Shown here one piece after another: positions 39,920 to 52,700 of a stretch of DNA of 64,000 bases (position 1 is the first letter of the stretch; each line of letters opens with the position of its first letter). A program made the translations under genes and the position numbers. A model generated the notes under the pieces. That model ran no database searches, was not told the DNA's origin, and saw nothing but the letters and a program-made list of their open reading frames with translations. Source of the DNA: Chiloscyllium plagiosum (Eukaryota); NCBI RefSeq assembly GCF_004010195.1, contig NC_057719.1, positions 64,798,819 to 64,862,818 of the forward strand, given 5' to 3'.

Positions 39920-40625
39920 CAGCTCCTGGTTCATCAAGATCAATGAATTGCATCTTTCTCTGCTAACAACCTGGTATTCAACCAATCTATTCACAATCTT
40001 GGTGTCACATTTGACTTCAAGATGAACTTTTGACCACTTGTTCACACAAGCACTAATATTGCCTATTTTCACTCCTGGAATATCATCCACCTTTACCCAG
40101 GTCCCAGTTGAAATCTGCTGAAGTTATTATTAATGCATTTGGACCTCTAAAACTCATTATTCCAGTGCACACCTGGCTGGTTTCCCACATTCAACCCTAT
40201 GCAGTTTAGAAATTATCTCAAACACTGCTGCCTTTGTCTTTCATTCTATTATTACTGTGCTCCCTGACCTACATCGGCTCCTACTCAAGCAACGTCCTAA
40301 TTTATAAATTCTCATCCTCGATTTAAAATCTTTCTACCCCTCCCCTCCCCTCTTCTTGTCTAGAATATAAAGTGATGCACTTATGCAGTGAAGTTAGAGT
40401 TCTTGTCTCTGTGATCTACCCTGGTCCTACAACACTTCAAAATATCTGCAATCTTCTAATTCTGGTTCAGGGAACATCCCCATTTTAATCGCTGAAGTGT
40501 TTGTCAGCTGTGTCTTCAACTGTATCAGCTCAAAGTTTGAAATTCTCTCCTTTGCACCGTTCCACCTCTCTACCTCGCTTTTCTCCTTTTGAGCTCTCCT
40601 TAAAATCTATCTAATTGAAACTTTT
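39920..40625 (+). mobile_element. L2 LINE 3' remnant
   Basis: Decayed NLGVTFD..MNF, AYFH, ITVLPDLHRL...YKFSS; resembles the L2 ORF2 C-terminus (ITPVL..LHWLP...FKIL). Confidence 0.75.
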
Positions 40626-42084
40626 AGTCGCATAGTATCCTCATATTTTTATTATTTTAAGGATAGTATTTAATTAGAAGTTTTGGTTACTTTGTTGCTG
40701 GGACAAAGTGACATTCCTTCTTGTGTTTTCAGTGCACTTAAGAAATACCAGCTGAGACTGGAGTTTTGTATTTTCATGTAAGCATGTATGTTAGCTCTCT
40801 ATCCTGGTCACTAGAGACAGAATCTTACCACAGTGGAAACAAGTCATTGCTAATAAATCCTACAGCAACGGTCAAAAGTATAATGGCAGACTTCCGTGGT
40901 AGATGCATGTTAATTGCAGTAATGTTGCGTTCTATTTTTTTGTCAAATTCTTGAGTAAGTAATTGACCTTCGCATTATCAGGAAAAATCAATCAATCTAA
41001 AATATATTGAAAATAATAAAATGTATTAAAATTACACTTCCATGTTCCTGGAGAATGCTCTATCCATGTTAATTCATTTCATCATGTGGTTTATTTTCAA
41101 ATGAGCAGTTGTTTACATGTACTTAGGATGTATCACTGAACCATTTCATTATGGTCCAAAGTTAGATATTTCATACAAACTTACTTTCTTTAAACAAAAC
41201 AACAATGTTTTTGAAGCTTCACATGCACAGAATTTGTAGGGACAAGACTCTAAATGTATGTTTACATTCCAAGTTTCAACCTGGGGGGTCATAGTAATTT
41301 CGCCATTTTCTATGTAAAATTGAGTAAGACGGAATTTCAATAGGAAGGATATAAGATCACAAGCATATTCCTGCATGTCAGCACAAGCTCAGGCACGGAA
41401 TCAGATTTACTTAAAATGTTTATCTCGTACTTTATATTAGTCAACAATTTATGGTTTCTTGTTCAATATATGTGTTTTGTAATCTAAGATATTCATTGAA
41501 CCTATTTTTGAGATTACAGGAGAAGCTAAAAATTTGTATTATCCTCAAGTACATTAGCTTTGTAATAGAAAGTTTGACTTGGGTTAAATGTGCTCAGGAG
41601 TTAAAAAGCTTTGGGTTAAAAAGCTTTTAGGAAAAGCTAAAAGGCTTAATGGCACAGAACAGCATATATCAGAAGTTACTGCACATCTTAATTTATTAGT
41701 AGTTCATTTAGCAGATCCTATTATAGAATAAAAGACAGTCAGGTTTATCTTAAACACAATTAAATTAAAAATTAACATACCATCACTGCATGAACCTGCA
41801 GTAAGCAAAATTTCGATTGAAAATCAATATTTAATTGGTATCACTGCATTTTGTGAAAACAACATAGTGCCCAGAAATCCATTGTTGAATGAAACTGAAA
41901 TGGTGGTACCATAAATAACATTGAAATATCATTTAATATGCTTCATACTGTAGAACAGAAGCACTACATTACAGTTGAAAAAGTATGGAATTTGATTCAT
42001 ATGACACTAAAAATCTTTTAAGTATCATCCTAATTATGTTCAAAATTAATTTGAAATGCTTTCTTCACTGCGTATTTTCTTCAG

Positions 42085-42225
42085 GGCACTGTGAGCAGTC
42101 AGGTAGAGATTGGGCCAGGTGAAGAGGTCCTTATCCAACTGCGAGATGAACGAGAGCTTCACTTGAGGATGGAAGTGATAGAACAGCAGCTGAAAAATCT
42201 AGAGACAGCCTTCAGTGAGCCTTCT
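42085..42225 (+). CDS. Internal coding exon (141 nt, phase 0-0) of an unidentified large gene: GTVSSQVEIGPGEEVLIQLRDERELHLRMEVIEQQLKNLETAFSEPS, probable coiled coil
   Basis: Acceptor TATTTTCTTCAG| and donor |GTGAGT; length a multiple of 3; only one of three frames is open; GC-elevated island in non-repetitive AT-rich DNA. Confidence 0.78.
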
Positions 42226-43424
42226 GTGAGTAACAACATAATCTTTGTAACTGAAAATACTTAAAGGAATGTGATAAGGAAGAAGTAGAGAAGGTGGGTG
42301 CGGACTGAAACTCTTGCTTTTCTGACTGACTTGATCAAAACTTTCTTTTTTTTAAATGAAACTTGCCTTTATTAGTGCCACATTTAACCCAAGTCAAATT
42401 GAAACATAACTCAAATTAAAAGACATTGTGCAAAGATTAGCTTTTATTGATGTTACAGTTTACCATCTATCTTCATTTTGTAAAGAACTACTCTTAGAAA
42501 GCAGCCTGGACCTCTGCAAAGATCTTGCTATTCCAAACGAACTTTGGTTTTACTTGCATTGTGTACTTCAGTTGTATACATTATACAGTCATTGATAACT
42601 TGTCAAGAAGCTTGTGGATGGGGAAGAATACATTATAGTCAATGTAGGAACTTCAGCTTTTTAAAAATGAAACTCAATTCAAAACAGCTACCTCTTGTCA
42701 CAAACTTTTAATACTGGAGTTAAATATATTTTCAAATTGTTTTGAAAATACGTTAATAAGAACTTCAGCATCTTGCTTGAATGCTATCTTTTCTCCAAGG
42801 GACTGTTACAATGGAAGTGCATCTAATTAGATGGTTCTTTGCTGTGCATGACTATACCACAGAACTGCAAAGCAAATATGCCTTTAGAGTGGGAGAAGGA
42901 GGGGAAGTATGTGCAAATCACAGCCACTTGTTTTAACATCATATGGAAGACAGCACCTCCATTGGTGCATCAATCCTTCACTCCACACAAAAACAACTAT
43001 TAAATATTTTTATGAAGAGCTACACTTGGTAAAATCTCATAGATGCCTGAATGATGTGGGCTATAGTGAGATTTGTGGTAGAATTAGGCAAGAGGTTCCG
43101 GGAGGGCTGTCTCAACATTGGAGAACTTGTTGCATCTTTTATGCATCTGCAAGTGGCGAGGTGAGTTCCTCTCAAAACAGTGAGGAGTTGCTAATATAAG
43201 AGGGTTATAGCTTGTTAAAAACCTTATTAATATCACAACTCACTTCATTAATATTCAGTTTCCTTTCTGAACTGAAACAAGCTGAACTTCGAGAATTCCC
43301 AGCATGAAATCAGCGCGAGAACCTGGCACCTTCGGCATCTTGTTTGCTCCAAATGACTTCCATGCTAGGACATGCACCATGGGCATCAGCCACATGCACC
43401 TCATGTTTGTGGACTTTGATTATC

Positions 43425-43918
43425 ATAGATCATAGAACCCGTACAGTGTGGAAGCAGACCATTCATCCCATCGAGTCTATACCAACCCTCCAAAGAGCAT
43501 AAACCACCCAAACCCAATCCCACATTTCCCATGTCCAATCCACCTAGCCTGCACCTCCCTGGACTCTATGGGCAATTTAGCATGATACCTATGCATCTTT
43601 GGATTATGGGAGGAAGCTGCAGCACCCAGAGAAAGCCCACACAGACATGGAGAGAGAATGTGCAAACTCCACACAGACAGTTGCCCAAGGCTGGAATCAA
43701 ACTTGGGTCCCTTGCACTATCAATGCAGAACTGCCTTGTGCAGCACCTGACATTTTGCTGGGTCATGGCAAATAAGGGAGATTTGGTGCCCTGCTTTACA
43801 GGCCTGGAGCTGGAGGTCCTGCTATATGGGTGGTCCCAGGACCAACAGCAGAGGCCACAATGCCAAACCGTGCATTTTGAGGCAGCAGTGCGAACCAATG
43901 AGCCACTGTGCTGTCCCA
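43425..43918 (-). mobile_element. HE1-like V-SINE interrupted by a ~155-bp foreign segment
   Basis: Reverse V domain 43600-43680; head resumes at GAGGCAGCAGTGCGAACCAATGAGCCAC (about 43879-43906). Confidence 0.82.
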
Positions 43919-43919
43919 A

Positions 43920-44686
43920 CCTTGGCATCTACCATTTTCCAGCCTTGAAGAACCCTCATGGCAGGTAGGGAGGTGTCCTGAGTGTGTAAGCTGCACAGAG
44001 GACATGCAGGGGTGGTGGAATTAGGATTAAGGTGAGGGAAGGATGATGATGCAGGCAGTAATGGGTTTGATAGATCCTTTGTGGGAGGTGGGTACAATAA
44101 CAGAGATGGAGTGAGTGTGAGATATTAGGGAGAAGATGATGGTACTTACACTGAAAAAATGGGAAAGTTCATTGACTTCCTTTCTATATTGCTGTGCATT
44201 CTGTCAGACAGTTGAGACTGCATTGAGCAAAGTGCCAGCCTCAGAGTAGACAGGCATAGTTTGGCATTGTCGCCTGCTCTGCTGGTCCTGGACCACCCAT
44301 CCAGCAGGAACTCCAGGTCCAGGCTTGCAAAGCAGGGACCCAAATTTCCCTTATTTGTCATGACGTAGTGAAATGTCAGGAGCTGCACAGGGCAGCTCTG
44401 GACTGACAGTGCTTGTCTAGCTGCACAGTGGGCTTTTAAATATGGTGCCAGTGTCAAGGATGGCCGTATATTTGGAGATATCCCAGCAGTGACAATATTT
44501 TCAGGAACATGTGTGGTAATCTGGGGCTAGCATCACATTAAAAACCTGCTACAGGATTGGGGTAGGTATTTAATGAGGTGAGTTTGGTAAGGTATGGTGA
44601 GAAAACTTGCTCGACCTTATGTTACAAAACCCTCCAGAAACCTTGATGCAACTGGCATTTAGCCAAAAAAAGTAAGATTTTGCCCA
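43920..44686 (-). mobile_element. Probable PIF/Harbinger-derived non-autonomous element (Myb/SANT-like ORF start)
   Basis: Minus strand MTNKGNLGPCFASLDLEFLLDG resembles the start of Myb/SANT-like domains (PRF...LE.LLD); terminus GGGCAAAATCTT; other end not resolved. Confidence 0.4.
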
Positions 44687-45504
44687 AAAAAACAATTCCA
44701 GAATTCTAGGCTCAGGCTTTATTATTTTTTCCAAAATGTTGTCTAAACTATGAACACTTGTGCATTTACCTCTGGATAATCAGATGTAAAAGGTGATGTC
44801 ACCATTTTCGATGCTTTAAATGTTGAACCCTTAATTTATTGTTCAATTCGTGATGGATGTTGTGTATCAATTAAAATGAAACAACGTGAATTGATCCAGG
44901 TGGATTGCATCTTTGCAAATCCTATCTGATGCTGATTTGTCATTGCATAATACTGGAATTCCATGTCTCAGGATGTAATTTAAGTTTTGATGTCCTATTT
45001 TTGCCAAAGCTATATTTTATACCCAGTGGTCTGGCGCAGCTACTCATTTTGGTGTAACAGAACATCGTGTAATGTTTCCATGTGTCACCATGTTGTATTT
45101 CAAAAACAGAACTCAATATCTCATTAAAATATGTTTCCATACTCACTCGAAATTCACTTTCTTCCATTATTTGTTCAAATCCATGAACATTCAATTCTTA
45201 TAAGGATACAAATCAAAGTTAGGCAATAGTTTAATCAAACCACAGTGAGTCAAAATAACTGATATCTGTAGTAAATTATATAAAGTGCAGAAGATATCAT
45301 AACTCATACCAAAGCAAATTGTATTTCATAAATGATTTGGTAAATTCATTGAAGTTTTGCTTTATACTTCATACAAAGATTTCAGTCAGGAGAACTCTGT
45401 CTTGTTACTGGAATTTTGCTGGACTGCAGTAATTGTATTTTATCCCTCACACTTCATATTAAAAATATTTTTGGCCTGTCGGTCACTGGAATTGAGAGTG
45501 ATGG

Positions 45505-45703
45505 TGGATTAGTGGTGCTGGAAGAGCACAGCAGTTCAGGCAGCATCCAAGGAGCAGCGAAATCGACGTTTCGGGCAAAAGCCCTTCGCTTTTGCCCGAA
45601 ACGTCGATTTCACTGCTCCTTGGATGCTGCCTGAACTGCTGTGCTCTTCCAGCACCACTAATCCAGAATCTGGTTTCCAGCATCTGCAGTCATTGTTTTT
45701 ACC
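45505..45703. mobile_element. Penelope pLTR fold-back (78-bp inverted repeat, 5-nt spacer)
   Basis: 45505-45582 and 45588-45665 are reverse complements with one mismatch; pLTR tail continues to about 45703. Confidence 0.92.
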
Positions 45704-46329
45704 TGAGAGCTGATGCTGTCATCTGAGGTCAAATGAATCTTGATGAGCCATGGGCTTGGAAGCCCATGACATCTCTGCCACTTTCTCCACAGGAAGTAAT
45801 CTAGTGAGGAAATGCCCCGTGGCTGACCCTCCCAACGTACCACCAATTGAAGCCCTTATGTGGCAAATGAAAGACCACTGAAGGGTTTCATCCTACTGTC
45901 ATTGGGATTAATCCAGTTACAAACAATCCTGCTGCTATATAGGGTGTGCCCATACAAACAGTTTCTCAGCTGCGAGGATTCTCCCTCAATCAATGGTATT
46001 AAGTCCCTATTTGAGAGATTGGATGAAAAGCAGGAGCATATCCACTGAAAGCACCCTCTCCCTGGTTCCGACCTTCCTGGCCTCCTAACTTCCAACCCAA
46101 GAATGCCTCCAATCCCTATGCATTTAGTCACTTACCTTGTTCTCCATGTTTCTGGGACTCTGAGAGTGCAGCAGCCATGACCTTCTTCATGGTCTGGTTG
46201 AGTGCAAGAGCTCCAAGCCTCTGATTGTCCTCGCTGCTGGGACATCTATGCTGGAATCTTAATTCCAGGTGAACACCTTCCAGAGGCTTTGCCAATGCCT
46301 GATTGGCCATTATATTATCCCAAAATTGT

Positions 46330-47210
46330 TCCAATGGTGTGTATAAATAAATTTCTTCAGTGTTGTTAGTAGAACCAACACAAGACTCAATGTCTCTTTG
46401 TTCACCATTGAGTATTTCTGACATACATTGACATACTGTACATTCAGTTTCTTTGAAAATTAACTGACAGGCAGTTAACTGACTCCCCATTTCATCATCA
46501 AAACAGCATCAATACTGATGTTGCTGGCACCAACAATCAGTATGAATGGCTTCTTCTAATTTAGTGCTTCTAAAACCTGGTGTTTGCCAACTCTACTTTC
46601 AGATTATCAAAGACACTCTGCCATTCTTGTGTCCAAACATTTGCTGACTTTCTTTAAGATGTTTGTTAATGAAGCCACTCCAATACTGAAACTCGGAACA
46701 AGCCACCAATAAAATGCATTCATGTCATAATACCACACCATTTTGCATTTTGTCATAGACATAAGCACATCCAAAAATGACCTCACTTCCACTTATCTAG
46801 GGGCTAGTTGGTCTTATCCCAAAGGGTGACCCAAGTAAGTCATTCTTTTTGGCAACTTTGTCGTTAGTCATATTTATAACCAAATTGTCTCTTTTAGCCA
46901 ATTGACCAGTTTCTGGAAAGTGGTGTGAATGTTCCTCCCATATTTGCATAGTCCATCATTGATTGTGTTGTTGAAACCTTCATGTATTTTTCATTCTAAA
47001 TGGCATGACTTCGCATTGATAAAGTCCTTCTGAAGCCAAAAGGTGATAGTCCTCTGTGCAGTCAATGAATCTTACCCATATCCTTTTTCTAAGTTAATTT
47101 TGGTGATGAATTGTGCATATTCAGTTCTTTATGACAGTCCTGTAATCTTGGAACAAGATACAAGTTCATTTTTGTTACTGTGATAGCTTTGCAGTAGTAC
47201 AGAACCTGCA
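46330..47210 (-). mobile_element. Decayed Ty3/Gypsy pol (RT plus RNase H)
   Basis: Frameshifted minus-strand motifs in canonical order: YLVPRLQDC, AQFITKINLEKGY, EGLYQCEVMPFRMKN, TYLGH, FDNLK, KPFILIVGAS, SKKLN, QKYSMVNKETLSLVL. Confidence 0.88.
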
Positions 47211-49559
47211 GAATAGGAAATTACATATTAATGAGGGTGAGTTGGTGTAATAGTGAAGATATAATGCATTCTAATGCATTCACAAAGGACTCTCACCACT
47301 CACTAATAAGAATCTCATCTCACTATTCAGCGTTTGGTTGAAAATTAGATTTTTTTGTTCTTGATTGTATGATACATCTTGCTGGCCATCTTTCACAATT
47401 CTAACTTTCCTGCCATTGCCCATGTCATTCAGGGGTTGGGAAGATTCCATCCATAATGCCCAAGCGATATTCATTTTGACCTTTTAAATTGCTTCAATAT
47501 ATTCTTTCACAGATACAAAGACAACTAGTAAACTTTACGTGTCGTGCCTGTCTGTTGCTATCAGCTTGTAGGATCTATTGATTGATAACATTAATGGGGC
47601 TATGTTTGAATGAAAATTGATCTGACCTAAGTAAAGGCCTTTAGGATAACTTGTCATGTTATCTGGTTTAAGTCCTTTTTGGATCACTTAAAATTTGCAT
47701 CTGGCTATATCTTTCATTTGAGGTCAGTTTTTCCCAACCAATGCAATATGATGCTGGCGAGTGCATATACATAAATTGGACCAGCTTATTGGCACTCGAT
47801 GCCCCAGCAAACGATTCCTTTCATGGTGCCAGATGTCTCACTGAAGCTATCATTACAACGATCAGTGGTCCCTTTCATTTTTTTTTAAGGTCTTGGATTA
47901 GTCAGAAATTGCTGATTCCACAGATTGGAAGTAGCTTCTGAAAGCGGTCTGTCTAGTGGATTACATGATGGTGATATTTTTATTCAAGAAAATTGGTAGT
48001 TTTAATTGAGAGCTCACTGATCACTGGAGATCCTTGGCTAAATTCCATCCATTATCTTTAAGAGGACTGGAAGGATTTAAGGATGGAAGAATGGTGATGT
48101 GTTTCCTGTATCTTGGACCAAGCCGCTTTGGAGATTTTCTCAAAAATAGGTGTAATTACAGAGAACAATAAAATACAAATTCTGCTCAGCAGTGATCAAA
48201 AGGAAACTGAATGAAATTGTTTGAATTTTATTAACAGCATCATTTCTTTATACTAGACAATTTGAGCAGCAAATAAATCTCATCCTGTGAACCCACCCAC
48301 TCTAAAGCATGGGGGTCTAAAAAGCAGCACTTATCAATTTACAATGTTAACTCTATCTTAGTAGCAGAATAGGATGTTTTGCATTAGATAATGTAACATT
48401 ACTATTCTTTGAAATAGCATGCTATCTCAATTGGCCACATTATCTTGGTGCAATGGCAGCATTCATTTCAAAGACAGGAAATGTGATTTCAAACCGTAAT
48501 GTGGTGGTATCTTACAGTTCACTCAGAGAGTCCACGTTGTTGTTGCTTTTATATACATTATTGTAGTCTGCAGCTTTGAATAGTAATAGTCGAGTTACAC
48601 TTTCTTTCCACTTGCCTGACCAACAATCTCCCTCACTCTATCACCTATCATTGGTATATGTTAAATATATGTGCAGATTAATATTCTGTTTGGCAGTGTT
48701 ATGAATGCACCTTCCTTGACCACCAAGCTCTGATGAGACATGTGAACCTGGAACTTTGGATGCAGAGGTAAGGATAATATTCACAAGACCTCCAAGTCAG
48801 ATCTGATTACAGATGGGCAGATAGGGTGAGATTTATTTACTTATTCAAAATCTAGCCATTTGGCCAGAGATAAAATGAGGCAAATAATCTCAACAGATGT
48901 TCTACAGCAATGATCGTGGAGTTTTGCATTTTTTGATGTTCATGACCCTATAACACTATTTGAATAAATCAATGGAGATCTTATAATGGTCCTGACCAAC
49001 ATTAATCCCTCAAGTACTTTTAACTAATCAGATTATCTGTTGTATTTTGTTTTGTCTATAAATTACGTACAAAACAACTGTGGCATATCATGGAATGTAC
49101 GAGGATGTGATTAGTGTGATATGTGAAAGTTATTTCTTTCTTAACGTGAGTTGTATCATTATTTATCAAATAACTTTAAAAACAAACTGAAGCCGATGTC
49201 ATTATCTGAGATGTCCGCGATGCAACAATAGCTTCTATTATTTATTAGGCACCTAAAACCATGGAATTTTAAGTGAATATCAGTTGCATTCTGTTTTCTG
49301 TATTGTCATGTGACATCTAGACATATCTCTTGAATATATTGTTGATTTTTTCTTATCAAGGAAGCTTTACTGTAAAACCTAAGACTTTGTGAAATGCCAA
49401 ACATATAATGGTCAAATGTATAATTTGTGCTATTCATGAGTACATGTGTGGTTGGCTTACCAAGAACTATTTACAGTAAATAAGCAACTTTGAGAAGTTA
49501 TTCAGTCCACCCATGTGTTTAGAAAACAAAACATTGTGTAACAGTAGGATGTGGGAAGA

Positions 49560-52388
49560 AAAAGATCAGGGGATAGAAAAGGCATGTAGGAAAGACACTA
49601 TAATAATAATAGTGAGCAATTTCAATATGCAGGTGGACTGGGAAGATCAGGTTGGTAGTGGATCATAGGAAAATGAATTTGTGGAATGTCTAACAGATTA
49701 TGTTTTGGAGCAGCTTCTGGTAGAGCCGACTAGGGAACAGGCAATTCTGGATTTGGTTATGTGTAATGAGGCAGATCTGATAAGGGAGCTTAAGGTGAAG
49801 GAACCCCTAGGGGGCAGTGACTGTAACATGATTGAATTCATCCTGCTGTTTGAAAGGGAAAAGCTGGAATCAGATATAATGATCTTACAATGGAATAAAG
49901 GCAATGACAAAGGTAGAGTGAGGAGCTGGCCAGAGTTGATTGGAAGGAGATCCTAGCAGGGAAGCAATAATGGCAGGAGTTTCTGGAGGTAATTTGGGAG
50001 CACAGAAGAAACTCATCCCAAGGAAGAAGAAACATGTTACAGGGAAGACGAGACAACCATTGCTGACAAGGGAAGTCAGAGACAGCATAAAATCAAAAGA
50101 AAAACCATACAAGTGGCAAAGATTAATGGGAAGCCAGAAGATTTAAAAACCAGTGAAGGATAACTTAAAAAAGCAAGAAGCAGGAAGTTAAATATAACGG
50201 TAAGCTAGCTAGTAATAAAAATGAAGGTTGCAAGAGCTTTTTTTAGATATATGAGAAGTAAGAGAGAGGCAAGAGCGGACTGCTGAAAGATGAGGCTGCA
50301 GATGAAGTAGTGCGGAGCAAAGAAATGGCAGAGGAGCATGAATAGATACTATGCATTAGTTTTTACAGTGGAAGATACACAGCTGCAAACCAGAACTTTA
50401 AAAGAGTTAGGGAGCAGAGGTGATCACTAAGGAGATGATACTGGAGAGGCTGAAAGGTTTGAAGGTGGATAAATCACCTCGACTAGATGGACTACACCCC
50501 AGAGTTCTGAAGGAGATAGCTGAGGAGATAGTAGAAGCATTAGTGGTGATCCTTCAGGAATCACTGGAGTCAGGGAGTGTGGCAGAGGATTGGAAAATGG
50601 CTAATGTAACATTTATATTTAGAAAGAGAGGGAGGCAGAACTCAGGAAGCTATATAGGGTGGTTAGCCTGACCTCACTTTTTGGTAAGATTTTAGAGTCA
50701 GTTATTAAGGGGAGATTTGGAAACTGGTGAATTCAATGTTGAGGCCATGTGGTTGTAGGCTCCTGAGGCAAAAGATGAGGTGTTCTTCCTTCAGTTTGCA
50801 GGAGATTTTGTTTAGGCAGTGGAGGGGACCCAGAATGGACATGTCATTGGGGAAGTGGGAGGGGGTATTGAAATAGTTGGCCACAGGAATGTAGGGTTGG
50901 TTAGTGCATACAGACCAGAGACGTTCCCTGAGCTTGTGCTCAGTCTCTCCGATGTAGAGGAGACCACATTGAGAGCAACGGACGCAGTAAATGAGGTCTG
51001 TGGAAATACTAGTAAATCTCTGCCAGATTTGTTCAAGAACATGTAAGTATCCCAACTATCCGCTCCACACTCCTACCTTCAATCACCTCCTACCTTTGCT
51101 CACCTATTGCCATCCCAAGTACCTTTCTCCCAACCCCTCCCCCATTTATTTCTCAGCCCCCTTCCCTCTACCCAGTCCTGATGAAGGGTTATGCTGGAAA
51201 CATCGACTCTTGTGCTCCTCATATGCTGCCTGACCTGTTGTGCTTTTTCCAGCGCCACCCTTTATTGACTCTGATAGCTCCAGGATCTGCAGTCCTCACT
51301 ATCTCCTGGATAGAGGATTGGCTGACTGGCAGAAGGCAGAGAGTAGGGATAAAGGGGTGTTTTTCCGGATGGCAGCTGATGACGAGTGGAGTTCGCAGGG
51401 GGCAGTATAGGGACCATGACTGTTTGTGTTGTACATTAGCGATCTGGATGAAGGAATTGAAGGTGTTGTTGCTATGTTTACAGATGGCACAAAGAAAGGT
51501 AGAGGGACTGGTAGTATGGAGGAAGTGTGAAGCTTGCAGAAGGATTGAACAGGTGAAGAGAGTGGGCAAAGAAGTTGCAGATTAAATTCAATGTTGGGTG
51601 TCTGAGGTTATGCACTTTGGTTGGATGAATAGAGGTGTAAATTATTTTTTTAAAGGGGAAGACTTTTGGAAATCTGAAGCAAAAAGGGACTTAGGACTCT
51701 TAGTTCAGAATTCTCTTGAGGTTAATATGCATGTTCAGTTGGCAGTGAAGAAAGCAAATACAATGTTAGCATTCATTTCAAGAGTGCTAAAATACAACAA
51801 CAGATATGTATTGCTGAGGCGACATTAGGCTCTGGTGAGACCACATTTGGAATATTGTGAGCAGTTTTGAGCCCCACATCTAAGGAATGACGTGATGGTA
51901 TTGGAGAGGATTCAGAGGAGTTTTATAAGAATGATCCCAGGGAGGAAGGGCTTGTCATATGAGGCACAGTTGAAGACTCCGGGTCCGTGCTTGATGGAGT
52001 TTAAAAGGATGAGGGGGTTCTGATTGAAATTTACAGAATACTGAGAGGCCTGGATAGAGTAGACTTTCAGAAGATGTTTCCACTAGTTAGAAAGACGAGG
52101 ACCTGAGGGCACTGCTTCAGAGTGAAGGATGATCCTTTAGAACTGAGGTGAGGAATTTCTTCAGCCAGAGGGTGAATCTATGGAACTCATTATCGCAGAA
52201 GGCTGTGGAGGCCAAGTAATTGAGTGTATTTAAGGCAGATAGATAGATTCTTGATTAATAAGGGAATCAAGTGTTATGGGGAGAAGGCAGGAGAATGGGG
52301 CTCAGAAACATATTAGCCATGATCAATGGTAGAGCAGACTCGATTGGCTGAATGGCCTAATTCTGCTTCTGTATCTTATGGTCTTATG
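49560..52388 (+). mobile_element. CR1 LINE ORF2 (EN to 3' UTR), decayed, interrupted by a Penelope element
   Basis: EPTREQAILDLVMCN, PLGGSDCNMIEF, KSPRLDGLHPRVLKE, EDWKMANVT, WIEDWLTGRRQRV, RPHLEYCEQF; tail TCTTATGGTCTTATG. Confidence 0.92.
50708..51305. mobile_element. Penelope-like insertion: GIY-YIG fragment on minus strand joined to a plus-strand pLTR
   Basis: ORF 50705..51055(-) LIYCVRCSQCGLLYIGETEHKLRER...LQPHGLN; CTGATGAAGGGTTATGCTGGAAACATC near 51178. Confidence 0.9.
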
Positions 52389-52509
52389 GGATACGGAATG
52401 TGACTTCAGGCTACCCAGATGGTTAGTGGATTTCCAGTCTTGTTAATGGAAGCATTTCAGGGAAATTCAAGTGATTTCTTTATAAATTGAAGTAAAATAG
52501 GAGCTGTAA

Positions 52510-52700
52510 TCAGGCTGGTACAATTGGAACATTTAAGAGGCATTTGGATGGGTATATGAATAGGAAGGGTTTGAAGGGATATGGGCCGGGTGCTGGCAGG
52601 TGTGACTAGATTGGGTTGGGATATCTGGTCGGCATGGACGGGTTGGACCTAAGGGTCTGTTTTCATGCTGTACATCTCTATGACGCTATGACTCTATGAC
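52510..52700 (+). mobile_element. Short young CR1 3' fragment
   Basis: Nearly identical to 23942-24117; tail CTATGACGCTATGACTCTATGAC. Confidence 0.9.

Noticed and set aside
46128..46490. 120-aa minus-strand ORF ending at a good donor site (AAG|GTAAGT)
   Set aside because: Its 5' half is an off-frame reading of the decayed Gypsy RNase H; no acceptor or recognisable protein
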